Source of the DNA: Spirochaetota bacterium
Lineage (GTDB): Bacteria; Spirochaetota; UBA4802; JAFGDQ01
Direction of reading: 5' to 3'
Length of the DNA: 64,000 nucleotides
Assembly: GCA_043803405.1 (NCBI GenBank)
Contig: JAZDKB010000019.1
Coordinates: forward strand, 96,001-160,000
Position 1 is the first letter of the stretch. Each line of letters opens with the position of its first letter. Under the pieces are notes generated by a model. That model ran no database searches. It was given only the letters and a program-made list of their open reading frames with translations, and had not been told where the DNA came from. Positions 1-10,277 of this stretch are shown in pieces. A program made the position numbers and the translations under genes.

Positions 1-846
1 ATTTTAGTTCTGGCTCTTATCATGATCGTTGTCTGTTTAATCTCTTTCAGGTTTATTTTGAATTTCATGATTCATAATCTGGAAAAACTTGAGAGATGGG
101 CCGCATCTGTAAGCTCAGGCAACCTTGACACAAAGATCGTAATTAATACAAACGACGAGATAGGCAGGCTTGGCGATATTTTTAATAACATGATAGACCA
201 GATTGCCGTGAAGTATAATCTTGAAAAATTTCTTTCCAGCTCGGCAATAAGCATGATTAGGAAAAAATCCGACTCCGCCGCAGAGCTTACGCTTGGCGGC
301 ACGGAGAGGAGAAACCTTGTGTTCCTGTTTTCCGATGTTCGCGGCTTTACTTCTTTCTCGGAGAAGAACGATGCAAGCATAGTTATGGAGGTACTGAGCC
401 ATTACCTTGATCTTCAGGCTAATGTGATTATGTCGAATAAAGGCGATATAGACAATTATATCGGTGACGAAATTATGGCACATTTCAGGGGGGAGGACAA
501 TGTTGAAAGAGCGGTAGATTCTGCGATCGGGATATTAAAGGCAGTAGCTAATGAAAACGCAGCGCGGACAAAAGAAAATCTTCCTATCTTTGAAGTCGGG
601 ATCGGCATTCATGGCGGCGATGTCGTTGTCGGAAATATCGGCACAAAGGTAAGGATGGTTTATACATGTATAGGCGATGCTGTAAATCTTTCAGCCAGGT
701 TGTGCTCAAAAGCGAATGCCGGAGAAGTTCTTATATCGAAAAATATTTTTGATAAAGCTGCAAAAAAATATAAGGGCACTAATGCGGATTCAATAAGCGT
801 AAAAGGGAAAGATAAACCGATCCATATTATCAGGATTAAAGTTTAG
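1..846 (+). CDS. HAMP + class III adenylate/guanylate cyclase (5' end outside window)
   Basis: Frame is open from base 1. TM segment, HAMP (NDEIGRLG) and cyclase motifs FSDVRGFT, IGD, GIGIHGG, GDAVNLSARL, VKGK. Confidence 0.92.
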   Translation: MLVLALIMIVVCLISFRFILNFMIHNLEKLERWAASVSSGNLDTKIVINTNDEIGRLGDIFNNMIDQIAVKYNLEKFLSSSAISMIRKKSDSAAELTLGGTERRNLVFLFSDVRGFTSFSEKNDASIVMEVLSHYLDLQANVIMSNKGDIDNYIGDEIMAHFRGEDNVERAVDSAIGILKAVANENAARTKENLPIFEVGIGIHGGDVVVGNIGTKVRMVYTCIGDAVNLSARLCSKANAGEVLISKNIFDKAAKKYKGTNADSISVKGKDKPIHIIRIKV

Positions 847-956
847 CCATATCCCTTTTATTGCCAATTACTTACGGTTTCATAATTATATAATTATCCC
901 TTGAATGTTTCCCTGTTATTTATTATATTATATGGGCTTGCAAAAAAGTATAATTT

Positions 957-2036
957 ATGAAGAAACATTTAAAGGCGCATCTTACTAAAAATTTTCTATG
1001 TATTATAATGTTAATTATCTCCGGATATACAGGAAAATTATCCGCCGAAACAGAAATTAAACAGGATTCTATTACAATCGGGGCGTTCGGCGGAAAAACA
1101 GATGTTCACGGATATTATAAAAACAAACTAAGCGACGGATACAATTTCGGAATTTTTCTTGATTATTCGATTTTTAACAGCAATTATTTTTTTTTAGAAA
1201 CCGGTCTTTCCTACACGGAACTCTCCCTTGAAAACAATTCATTATCGAAACTTTCTTTATATTCGTTAGGTCTCGGTCCTGTTATTTGCATTCCTGAATT
1301 GCGCTACATAAAACCTTATGCCGGCTTGCTGGCAACCGTAAATTATCTTGACCTGAATGCCGTATCAACGCGCAAAACAGAAAAAACTGTCAAAGCAGGT
1401 TTAACTGCAAAGGCCGGCCTTTTTATTCCTGTATATAAAGATATTTCGTTCAATTTAGGCTTTAAATATTCGACGAACGAGCTTTCGGGCAAAGCCTTTC
1501 AGAATACAACATACCTTGGAGGAATATCGTACTCCTATAATTTCGTTTCAGGAGAAAAAGCCGAAAGATCCATAAAGCAGATAGAGATAGACGACTATTA
1601 TGAATCGGGAATAAAATATTTTAAAACCGGCGACGGCATAAAAGCAAAGGAATATTTTAATAAAGTCACATCCTATGACAAGGATTACAAAGATGTAAAA
1701 AATTATCTGGGAATAATTATTTTAAATGAAGACAAGTTTGAGAAGGCGGAAAAGTTTGCTTCGGAAAACAGATTTTTTGAAGCCCTGCCATTATTAATAG
1801 ATGCGGAAAAATATTTAATTGAAGCTAATAAAAAGCTTAATGAAGTCAGGACGCGGCTTAAAGAGGAAGAGAATATACTTGTAAAAAACGGCATTGAAGC
1901 TTACAATAAAGAAGACTATGAACGGTGCATTTTTTTCATGAGAAGAGTGCAGCTGATAAATCCTGAAAATGAATCTGCAAACATTTATCTCCCACGGGCT
2001 GTAATAAGATATAACGCGCTGCGAAAGTTCGAATAG
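957..2036 (+). CDS. Outer-membrane beta-barrel-like protein with C-terminal TPR-like helices
   Basis: Signal peptide; alternating beta-strand pattern ending YLGGISYSY; helical TPR-like tail (YYESGIKYFKTGD..AKEYF). Confidence 0.6.
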   Translation: MKKHLKAHLTKNFLCIIMLIISGYTGKLSAETEIKQDSITIGAFGGKTDVHGYYKNKLSDGYNFGIFLDYSIFNSNYFFLETGLSYTELSLENNSLSKLSLYSLGLGPVICIPELRYIKPYAGLLATVNYLDLNAVSTRKTEKTVKAGLTAKAGLFIPVYKDISFNLGFKYSTNELSGKAFQNTTYLGGISYSYNFVSGEKAERSIKQIEIDDYYESGIKYFKTGDGIKAKEYFNKVTSYDKDYKDVKNYLGIIILNEDKFEKAEKFASENRFFEALPLLIDAEKYLIEANKKLNEVRTRLKEEENILVKNGIEAYNKEDYERCIFFMRRVQLINPENESANIYLPRAVIRYNALRKFE

Positions 2037-2056
2037 AAACTTTCCGGGTATCTTTT

Positions 2057-4831
2057 ATGAAAATAAAATATAAAATAATTATTTTAATGGTAATTGTGAT
2101 AATCGTGGGATCCTTGCCATTATCGCTGTATATTCTTGGAAGAGAAAGCGATGAAAAAATTTCTCTTCTCATCGATCAGGGGATAATGAACAGCCGGATG
2201 CTTTCGCGATCCGCACTTAATATTATTTTAATGAACGGCGGAGACATTAAGGCTGCATCAGTCGATGCGGGTGAAATGATATCAATGCTGGCTCCGTTAA
2301 AAGACACAGGATTAATTTATGCGGATGCTGTTCTTGTGTCGAATAATCCGGAATATAACGGATACGTTTTAGCCAGTATCCGCAATGAAGAAAAAATTAA
2401 AGATAAATCCGGTACAAAAAACATTTCTTATAATAAGACTGCCGCTTTAACCGCAAAGGAAATCTTTGAAGAAGAATACATACCGGATTTCGGAGGCTAT
2501 GTTTATAAAATAATCTCAACTTCTTCGGTATCCGGAAAAAATTTTAAATGCGCCGGGCGTCTCTTCTTTTCAAAATCGGCTATTTATTCAAATATTAACA
2601 GGCTGCGTCATGTCGCTTATGTCACGGTAATCATAAGCATGCTTATCACTATTGGAATAGGATTGATCCTGGGCCGGTTTATTTCAGGGCCTATAGAAAC
2701 TCTGATAAACGAAGTTGAAATTATAGGCAGCGGCGATCTGGATCATCATATAAATATAAAAGGGAAAGATGAGATCGGAAAGCTCGCAACCACATTTAAC
2801 CATCTGGCACAGGTGCTTAAACTTGAAATTAATCATCTTAGAAATAAGAATATAGAACTGGAGCGGATCAACAATCTTAAGGATGATTTTCTTGCAAATG
2901 TCACTCACGAGTTAAGAACGCCGCTTTACGGGATGACGGGACTTGCCGAGTCGCTTATCGACGGGGTAGCCGGAGACCTCGAGGAAAAGGCAAAATATAA
3001 CCTTTCACTCATGATAAGCAGCGGAAAAAGATTATCGAGCCTGGTAAATGACATCCTTGATTATTCCCAGCTTAAACACAGCGATATCCCTTTAAATTTA
3101 ACCTCCATTAATTTACATTCAATAGTAAAATTGATAATATCAATCTGCACACCTTTGATAGAAAACAAGGAATTAATAATCAGAACAAACATTGAACCCG
3201 ATTCCTTTTTCGTGTATGCGGATGAAAACAGACTTCAGCAGATTTTGCTTAATTTAGTCGGTAATGCGGTTAAATTTACCGAATCGGGAGAAATCATGAT
3301 ATCTGCAAACGCATCTTCAGAGATTGAAGATGAAGTAGTCGTCTCCATCAGGGATACCGGCATCGGTATTGTGAAAGAGGATCAGGAAAGAATTTTTGAG
3401 TTGTTCGAGCAGGCTGGCGGGTCAATATCGAAATACAAGACCGGTACAGGCATAGGTCTTTCAATAAGCAGGCAGCTTGTAGAACTGCACGGCGGTAAAA
3501 TAAAAGTAGATTCCGAAGCCGGTAAAGGCGCATGTTTTTCTTTTACTCTTAAAAGAAGCGATAGAAAGACAATTTTAATAAAAGACAGGAGTATGAAATA
3601 TGTTCCCGATCTGCAGAACAATAACGAAAGCCCTGTATTTGACGATGAGATAATTCCTCAGAACGTTGATCCGAATAATAAGCTGGCATACAGCAAAGTA
3701 ATGATTGTCGATGATGAACCCGTTAATTGTCAGATTTTAATTAACTATCTGTATATGGAAGATTATATAATAATACCTGTTGCCAACGGCCAGGAAGCGC
3801 TGAACAAGATAAATAACGGCCATGTTCCGGATTTGTTGATTTTGGATGTAATGCTCCCGGTTATGTCCGGTTATGAAGTATGCAAAAAGATAAGAGAAAA
3901 ATATTCGTCAGGGGAACTTCCTGTGATTATGCTTACTGCAAAAACCAGCCCGGACGATATGATAATCGGCTTTGAAGCAGGGACAAACGACTATTTAACA
4001 AAACCGGTAGGGAAGGCTGAACTTCTGGCCAGGGTAAACGGTCTTTTACAGTTAAGAAGATCGGTTCAGGCTCAGGCTAAACTAAGTCTTATTAAGAGAG
4101 AGATGAATATTGCCCATTCAATACAAACGTCTTTATTAGAAAACAAGATGCCGGATATCGAGAATGCTTCACTGGCTCTAAGATATTATCCGATGTACGA
4201 GATCGGCGGAGATTTTTATGAGATATCGCAAATAGATGAAAATAGAATCAGTATTCTATTGGCTGATGTTTCGGGACACGGAATACCGGCAGCTTTTATT
4301 TCAGGGATGTTAAAGGTAATCTGCAACTTCCACAGCAAAAACGCGCAGAATCCGGCGGAATTTCTGAACAATATTAATGAAGCAATATATAATCTGGTTG
4401 AAGAGCAGTTTATAACCGCGTGTTATGCTATAATAGATTTTAAAGAAAGAAAAATTACTCAGGCAAACGCAGGACACTGGCCAATACTGCTATACAGGCA
4501 AAACACAAATGAACTTATTATAAATGAAGAGAATGGAATGCCTTTAGGTTGCACGCCGGAAGAAAAATATAAAAACAGCGAATATGATTTACAAGTTAAT
4601 GACAGATTAATTTTTTACACAGACGGAGTTATTGAAATAAAAAATACGGAAAGGAAAATATTCGGCGCGCATAACTTTCATATGCTGATAAAGGCAACCG
4701 GAAATTATGAACTGGAAAAGTTCACTGACAAAATAATAGAAACGATCAAAAGATGGTACAATGTTACCGAACCTGTTTTTGCGGATGATGTAACACTGCT
4801 GGCTCTGGATATTAAAAAATTTAATTCTTAG
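2057..4831 (+). CDS. Membrane hybrid histidine kinase: HAMP-HisKA-HATPase-REC-PP2C(SpoIIE)
   Basis: H-box THELRTPL, NLVGNAVKF, DTGIG, GTGIGL; REC VDD/LDVMLP; PP2C motifs GGDFY, DVSGHG, YTDG, DDVT. Confidence 0.93.
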   Translation: MKIKYKIIILMVIVIIVGSLPLSLYILGRESDEKISLLIDQGIMNSRMLSRSALNIILMNGGDIKAASVDAGEMISMLAPLKDTGLIYADAVLVSNNPEYNGYVLASIRNEEKIKDKSGTKNISYNKTAALTAKEIFEEEYIPDFGGYVYKIISTSSVSGKNFKCAGRLFFSKSAIYSNINRLRHVAYVTVIISMLITIGIGLILGRFISGPIETLINEVEIIGSGDLDHHINIKGKDEIGKLATTFNHLAQVLKLEINHLRNKNIELERINNLKDDFLANVTHELRTPLYGMTGLAESLIDGVAGDLEEKAKYNLSLMISSGKRLSSLVNDILDYSQLKHSDIPLNLTSINLHSIVKLIISICTPLIENKELIIRTNIEPDSFFVYADENRLQQILLNLVGNAVKFTESGEIMISANASSEIEDEVVVSIRDTGIGIVKEDQERIFELFEQAGGSISKYKTGTGIGLSISRQLVELHGGKIKVDSEAGKGACFSFTLKRSDRKTILIKDRSMKYVPDLQNNNESPVFDDEIIPQNVDPNNKLAYSKVMIVDDEPVNCQILINYLYMEDYIIIPVANGQEALNKINNGHVPDLLILDVMLPVMSGYEVCKKIREKYSSGELPVIMLTAKTSPDDMIIGFEAGTNDYLTKPVGKAELLARVNGLLQLRRSVQAQAKLSLIKREMNIAHSIQTSLLENKMPDIENASLALRYYPMYEIGGDFYEISQIDENRISILLADVSGHGIPAAFISGMLKVICNFHSKNAQNPAEFLNNINEAIYNLVEEQFITACYAIIDFKERKITQANAGHWPILLYRQNTNELIINEENGMPLGCTPEEKYKNSEYDLQVNDRLIFYTDGVIEIKNTERKIFGAHNFHMLIKATGNYELEKFTDKIIETIKRWYNVTEPVFADDVTLLALDIKKFNS

Positions 4832-4855
4832 AGTATGTTTAAAAATAAATAAATT

Positions 4856-4878
4856 GGCCTGCCCGGGGGAATTTTATT
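4856..4878. repeat. Degenerate copy 1 of GGGGCTTGCCCC-GGGAATTTTA palindromic repeat
   Basis: ggcctgcccgggggaattttatt, overlapping the argB stop; similar to copies at 7564, 45712, 49287 and 50444. Confidence 0.6.
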
Positions 4879-5740
4879 TTTCCTTATAAATCTCAGTCCC
4901 GATTCCGGCATCTGTGAATATTTCAAGCAACACAGCATGTTCAACCCTGCCGTCAATGATATGAGCTTTTTTTACGCCGCCTTTTAAAGCATCGAGACAG
5001 CAGTTAACTTTAGGGATCATGCCTCCGCTTATTTCCCCGCTCTTTATAAAATCAGGGATTTCGGCGTATTTTAAAGAAGAAACCAGCTTGTCATTAATTC
5101 TAACGCCTTCAATATCTGTTAAAAGTATAAGTTTCTCGGCTTTTAATCCTTCCGCTATTTTACCTGCGGCAAGGTCGGCATTAATATTATACGTTGTCCC
5201 CTGCTCATCGAAACCTACCGGGGCAATGACCGGAATAAATTTTTCTTTATCGAGAATATCAATTATTTTCGGATTAACATATTTAACAGTTCCAACCTGC
5301 CCGATGTCAATTTCCTTCCCGTCTAAAATATGGAATATCTTTTCCGCAATTAAAAGCCCCCCGTCTTTTCCGGAGAGGCCTACCGCTTTCCCACCTACCA
5401 TGTTTATATTATGAACGATTTCTTTGTTTACCTTGCCTATCAAAACCATCTCGACAACGTCCATTGTTTCTTTGTCTGTAACACGCAGCCCATCAACGAA
5501 TTCACTTACTTTGCCGATCTGTTTTAAAAGGCCGCCTATTTGCGGGCCGCCACCGTGTACAATTACGGGATTGATGCCGACTAATTTTAACAGAACCATA
5601 TCCCGTGCGAACGATTTCCCGATCTCTTCATCAATCATGGCATTCCCGCCATATTTGATAACAATGGTTTTGCCATGGAAGTCCTTAATATAAGGGAATG
5701 ATTCCATGAGCATATTAACTTTTTCGATATATTTTTTCAA
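4874..5740 (-). CDS. argB: Acetylglutamate kinase
   Basis: [43 protein letters not shown]. Likely TTG start at 5740 behind AAGGAG RBS. Confidence 0.97.
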   Translation of the reverse strand: MKKYIEKVNMLMESFPYIKDFHGKTIVIKYGGNAMIDEEIGKSFARDMVLLKLVGINPVIVHGGGPQIGGLLKQIGKVSEFVDGLRVTDKETMDVVEMVLIGKVNKEIVHNINMVGGKAVGLSGKDGGLLIAEKIFHILDGKEIDIGQVGTVKYVNPKIIDILDKEKFIPVIAPVGFDEQGTTYNINADLAAGKIAEGLKAEKLILLTDIEGVRINDKLVSSLKYAEIPDFIKSGEISGGMIPKVNCCLDALKGGVKKAHIIDGRVEHAVLLEIFTDAGIGTEIYKEK

Positions 5741-5937
5741 TGTTTGTTTTCTCCTTGAGATTACTAAGACTTTTATCCATAATTTGACTATAATATTACG
5801 GGGGAAGTCAGTCAAGTTGACTAAATAATTTATACATTAAAAACATTATTGAACTAATTATTCACACATGACATTAATATAATTGCAGTTCATGAAATTA
5901 AACAATAAAAATATTTCTGCTGTTGATATTATCGGAT

Positions 5938-7320
5938 TTATTCCAGGTAAACTTTTTCAGTTTCCGGAAGCGTTAGATTTTTAGGCAGATCGCCAGCTTC
6001 CACTGCAAGTAAAGGCGATATCTCAATTACTTTAACATTCTCAGGAATAGTAATTTTTTTTTCAATAAGCCATTTGCGGTGTAAATTGCTCATAAGTTTT
6101 TTTGCCGTGTCCGGGGAGTCGACACCGTTTGCATTCTTTACAGGCGCGAATTCTTCTTCACGCCTTGTTTCAAGTATTGTATTTTTGTCAGTCAGCGAAA
6201 GAGTATCAAAAATAAATTTTTCATATTTTAGACTGTCTACATCCTTATCTTTACCATTTACTAAAGCTTTAATTTTTTTCTGCGCAGTGTGATACTGAAG
6301 CGAAGAAATGCTGCCGGAAATAATTGACTCGATATATTTTGTATTAAAAACATGAATGGCAATGCTGCCCATACAGAATTTTAAATTCCCATTATTGTCG
6401 GTTTCGGTCTGTTTTCCCTGCGGTAAGTCCGAATATTCAACAATACCTGTTTTCCCGTTATTAAATTTAACAAATACTCCTACCTTCTCGCCGGGATCGG
6501 TTTTCATTACTCCTTTGCTCGATACGTCCGATCCGTTAAGAACGTGAAATCCGATAAAAAGCGGATCTACTATATTAACCAGAGGATTATCGATCTGAAA
6601 GTACGAAATAACGTCTATCTTTCTGCGGGATAGTTCATCCAGAATCCCTGAAGATGACAATGCAGTTAATGTTCCGCCATGACCGTCCGGATTCAAACAC
6701 AGGCTGCTTTGTGTTTTCAGCAATAATTTTCCGCTTAAATCAAGAGAGGGTATCATTTTTTGAGAAAAGAAAAACACATTTTCCGGGTTTAATCCGAAAT
6801 ATTTATTATTTTTAAAATATCCGACCGTGTCCGAATGATTTTCTTTAGAGGTCATAATAAGCCACGGCATTGCAATTTTATATTTTTTTGAATAAAATAA
6901 TAATTTTTCCGCATGTATCTGGAATAATGATTTATTTTTTACCGGACTTATGGGGAGCATTCCCTTAGGGCCGTCAAAACCAAGCCGCGTGCCCTGGCCG
7001 CCTGCGACTAAAAGTACTGCTGTTCTTCCATGAGAAATATACTCCATACCTTTTTTTACTGCTTTAATAAAACTATCAGCATCCGTTCCGCCTCCAAAAA
7101 GCGGGATATAAGGAGCAGGTTCAAAGTCAACATTTCCAACGGATAAAGCGGACTTCTGTGCATATAATTTGTTCATCAAATCGAAGTCAACATCATTCAA
7201 TTCCAAAATCAGGTTTTGTTTATCATTACTATTTAATTGATCCCAATAGTGAAAAACCTGTTCCTGTTTATTTTTATATACTGCATCGATTATTTGTTCA
7301 TATCCTGTGTAACTAATCAT
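5938..7320 (-). CDS. UDPGP type 1 family (UDP-GlcNAc/UDP-sugar pyrophosphorylase)
   Basis: VAGGQGTRLGFDGPKG, PDGHGG, IDNPL, EKVG, VEYSDL, KYEKFIFD, EFAPVKN. Confidence 0.92.
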   Translation of the reverse strand: MISYTGYEQIIDAVYKNKQEQVFHYWDQLNSNDKQNLILELNDVDFDLMNKLYAQKSALSVGNVDFEPAPYIPLFGGGTDADSFIKAVKKGMEYISHGRTAVLLVAGGQGTRLGFDGPKGMLPISPVKNKSLFQIHAEKLLFYSKKYKIAMPWLIMTSKENHSDTVGYFKNNKYFGLNPENVFFFSQKMIPSLDLSGKLLLKTQSSLCLNPDGHGGTLTALSSSGILDELSRRKIDVISYFQIDNPLVNIVDPLFIGFHVLNGSDVSSKGVMKTDPGEKVGVFVKFNNGKTGIVEYSDLPQGKQTETDNNGNLKFCMGSIAIHVFNTKYIESIISGSISSLQYHTAQKKIKALVNGKDKDVDSLKYEKFIFDTLSLTDKNTILETRREEEFAPVKNANGVDSPDTAKKLMSNLHRKWLIEKKITIPENVKVIEISPLLAVEAGDLPKNLTLPETEKVYLE

Positions 7321-7523
7321 AAAATTAAATCCTGAAAATAAATAAATTATTTAAAGTTTGCTTATTATTTATTAAAATTATAATTCCGGAATAAAGAAGC
7401 TGAAAAATTACGCGTTTCGGCAACCTCTATGTGTCAAATTAATTTACTTAACAAATTGAGTAAATTAAAAAATCTATAATTATTCAGAAAGTTAATAGGT
7501 TTATTTCAAGACCTTGAAACATA

Positions 7524-7596
7524 ATACCCCGCTGATGCCGAAGGCGGAAGCCGGTGCGAAAGCACCGGGGGCTTGCCCCTGGGAATTTTATTTTAG
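7524..7596. repeat. Longest copy (2) of palindromic repeat, with internal hairpins
   Basis: ataccccg..gcc-gaa-ggc..ccggtgc-gaaa-gcaccgg-ggggc-tt-gcccc-tgggaattttattttag, GC-rich within an AT-rich intergenic region. Confidence 0.75.
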
Positions 7597-7820
7597 AATT
7601 TTTTACTCAATAACAATATATGAAAAACATTCTAAATATAATGAACTATTATTTAAGATTTGACAAGTTATGTTTCATTTAAATATTGGTTTTTTTAAAG
7701 AGGAATTGATGAGAATCAAACTGATCAGGTTTAAGGATTTTCGGAGATAAACTTCTTTCCGGATGGTATTTTCTTTAATAATTTGAATTATTATATTTTT
7801 TAAAAAAAATAAAAAAAATG

Positions 7821-7849
7821 TTGCATATAAATTTGGTCTTAGTTATAAT
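7821..7849 (+). promoter_or_regulatory. Putative sigma70 promoter
   Basis: TTGCAT-17nt-TATAAT, about 80 nt upstream of the ATG at 7930. Confidence 0.5.
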
Positions 7850-7929
7850 ATTAGGTAAATAATCGAAAAGCAGCACAAGAAATACGACTTGTAATATGGG
7901 CAAAACTTTATTTATTAAGGAGTAATTCT

Positions 7930-8739
7930 ATGATTTTTAAAAGAACAAATATTATTTTAGCAGTTTGTTTTATTATTTCTTTGGTTATTCCGTCACTTGT
8001 TTATTCTCAGCAAGCGGCTCAACCGGGATCACAGGTTAAGGAACAGCCAAAACAGACAACCGGTAAGAGAGTCCATCCCAGGGAAGAGTACTCTCCTGAT
8101 CAAAGACCTGAAGAGGATTATCTTGCGCGATTCAAAGGGATTGAAGTTTCAGAGCGTCTTATGAAAGATAACCTGGAAAACATTTATATGCTTAATGTTA
8201 TTGCTTCAAATTTCAAAGATCAGGGCTGGGAAAAAGAATATAAAGATATTTATGAAGAATATAAAAAAGCAGTATCAAAATACTACAGAAGACAGGTAAT
8301 TTATTCAAGACTTGAATTAGAAAGAAATAAGAAGCATATAAACGATTTATTCAAGAAGGTTGTTGCTGTTTATTCGGATCAGGCATTTGCTATGCTGGAT
8401 GAATGCGCCGAGAAAATACTCAATTTTTCTCTCGATGAAAGAAATAAATTCGATCCAAACAGAAGCAGAGTGCTTTTCCATAATATGATGAGGTTGTGGA
8501 TTGCTTATGGACAGACTGACGATGCAGACTCGGCCGGGCTCGATAGTCTATACAAGAATTCAGTTTATCATTTAAGAATAGCCAAAGCTTATGCGATTCA
8601 GATTCTTGAGGATCTTAGCCCTGAAGGAACAAAAGCGGAACAGTTTAAAGTTCATAAGGCCGATAATTTAAATAGAATTTTAAGTTCGGAAACAGCAAAA
8701 TCGACCAGCCCCGGACCACAAAGCAGTCCTGGAAAATAA
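7930..8739 (+). CDS. Secreted alpha-helical protein of unknown function (possibly distantly OmpL37-like)
   Basis: Signal peptide, AAGGAG RBS, own terminator. The family resemblance is recalled from memory and is weak. Confidence 0.6.
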   Translation: MIFKRTNIILAVCFIISLVIPSLVYSQQAAQPGSQVKEQPKQTTGKRVHPREEYSPDQRPEEDYLARFKGIEVSERLMKDNLENIYMLNVIASNFKDQGWEKEYKDIYEEYKKAVSKYYRRQVIYSRLELERNKKHINDLFKKVVAVYSDQAFAMLDECAEKILNFSLDERNKFDPNRSRVLFHNMMRLWIAYGQTDDADSAGLDSLYKNSVYHLRIAKAYAIQILEDLSPEGTKAEQFKVHKADNLNRILSSETAKSTSPGPQSSPGK

Positions 8740-8766
8740 AAGTATTTTAATATGTGTTTACTGATT

Positions 8767-8793
8767 AAAGGGGGGACATTGTTCCCCCTTTTG
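8767..8793 (+). terminator. Rho-independent terminator
   Basis: aaaggggggac-att-gttccccctttt hairpin followed by a T-rich tail. Confidence 0.8.
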
Positions 8794-8890
8794 TATTTTT
8801 TATACATATATATATCCACTAGACCGTCACATTTCAATTTTCGGCACTATAAACAAGTAAAAACGAGTATGACAGTGTACTACTATCCCG

Positions 8891-10249
8891 ATGCAAATAT
8901 ATCATAAACTGAAAAAAAGATTAAAGCTTTTTTTATTCGTAATCCTGATATTAGTAATTTCCCCGACCGATATTAATATTGCTGAGTTTCCGGAATACAG
9001 GGTTGTCATTGATCCGGGTCACGGCGGTTTTTCTCTTACTCCGAAAAAAAAGCATGGTGACAGATATGATTCGATATCGAAAAAATATCTGTCAGATTAT
9101 CTTGCCGGAACGAATTATTTGAATGTTGAAGAGCGGTTCATAACATACAGCATAGCAAAAAAAGTTAAAACAATTTTAGATCTTACATTGCATAACGGGA
9201 ATTTCGGGAAGTTTAAAAATATTCTGAATAAATTTACTGATGATAATCCCCGCAGAATAATTGTAAAAATCAAATTAAGCAGACCGGAATCGTTAAACTA
9301 TAATGGAATTAAAGGGGAAGATCCAAATTCGGAATACAGACTTTTCGATTTTTATAATAAACACGGCAATAAAAAATACGGCAGAATATCAATAATAAAT
9401 TCGTTTAAACCGCATCTTGTAGTTTCTTTGCATTGCGATTTGCAGGCACCCTTATATTATAGAGGGATTAATCCTGTTATTTTAGCTCCCTTTCCCGTGT
9501 TAAATTCCGGATTGAATTATTTACAAAACAAAGGGAAGGACAGGAAGTTTTTTTTTAATAGTCCTTATGGCGACTGGTTTACCGAATCTGTTAAAAGAAG
9601 CGGGTTCGAATGGTTTTTAAAGGATGTTTCTGTTTATTTTACAAGTTTCCCGGTTGACAGCAATTGTAATGTTGAAGACAAATTTATGGGATATTTGTAT
9701 AATATGGTTAACTGGCAGTATAGTGATTTTTCCGGTTGGGAAATCACAGCGAAAAGACATAGAAAAAACACTCAATATTCTAAAGAAGCTAAGGATTTTA
9801 TCCTTCAAGGAAAATTCTGGGACAGGGAACAATCCATATATGAAAAATACAGGCGCGATGGAGGAAATGAGGGATTCGGCGGTGATAATTTATATGCTTC
9901 GGCTGAAATAATCCGGTACATATTATTTTCATTGTTTTTGTCTGGTAATTTTTATCCGGGACAGAAACCAGGTAAACCTTATATTTCCATATGGTCTTTG
10001 CCGATATTAGTTAATGCAATTACTGCTTATATTGAGTTAGGTTATTTGAAAAATGAAAGGGACAGATTTACTTTGACGAAGAAACAGGACGAAATCGCCG
10101 AAGGTATAGCTGTAGGCGTTTATTCATTATTCGCCGGGATGAAACCCTGTGATAAAAAATTTAAATATTTACCTAATGGTAAAAAAATTGAATTGGATAA
10201 ATATAACTTGCCATCCGGTCGCAGCTATTTTGATGTTGTTGTTCAGTGA
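8891..10249 (+). CDS. N-acetylmuramoyl-L-alanine amidase (Amidase_3) with large insertions
   Basis: Zinc-ligand motifs IDPGHGG, ER, SLHCD and YIELGYL in order. Confidence 0.8.
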   Translation: MQIYHKLKKRLKLFLFVILILVISPTDINIAEFPEYRVVIDPGHGGFSLTPKKKHGDRYDSISKKYLSDYLAGTNYLNVEERFITYSIAKKVKTILDLTLHNGNFGKFKNILNKFTDDNPRRIIVKIKLSRPESLNYNGIKGEDPNSEYRLFDFYNKHGNKKYGRISIINSFKPHLVVSLHCDLQAPLYYRGINPVILAPFPVLNSGLNYLQNKGKDRKFFFNSPYGDWFTESVKRSGFEWFLKDVSVYFTSFPVDSNCNVEDKFMGYLYNMVNWQYSDFSGWEITAKRHRKNTQYSKEAKDFILQGKFWDREQSIYEKYRRDGGNEGFGGDNLYASAEIIRYILFSLFLSGNFYPGQKPGKPYISIWSLPILVNAITAYIELGYLKNERDRFTLTKKQDEIAEGIAVGVYSLFAGMKPCDKKFKYLPNGKKIELDKYNLPSGRSYFDVVVQ

Positions 10250-10277
10250 GAGCTATATTATATCTATAAAAATTTAA

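Noticed and set aside
7531..7570. Hammerhead ribozyme (CTGATG..GAAA)
   Set aside because: Core lacks CUGANGA and the required stem I/III arrangement; the GAAA is a tetraloop.
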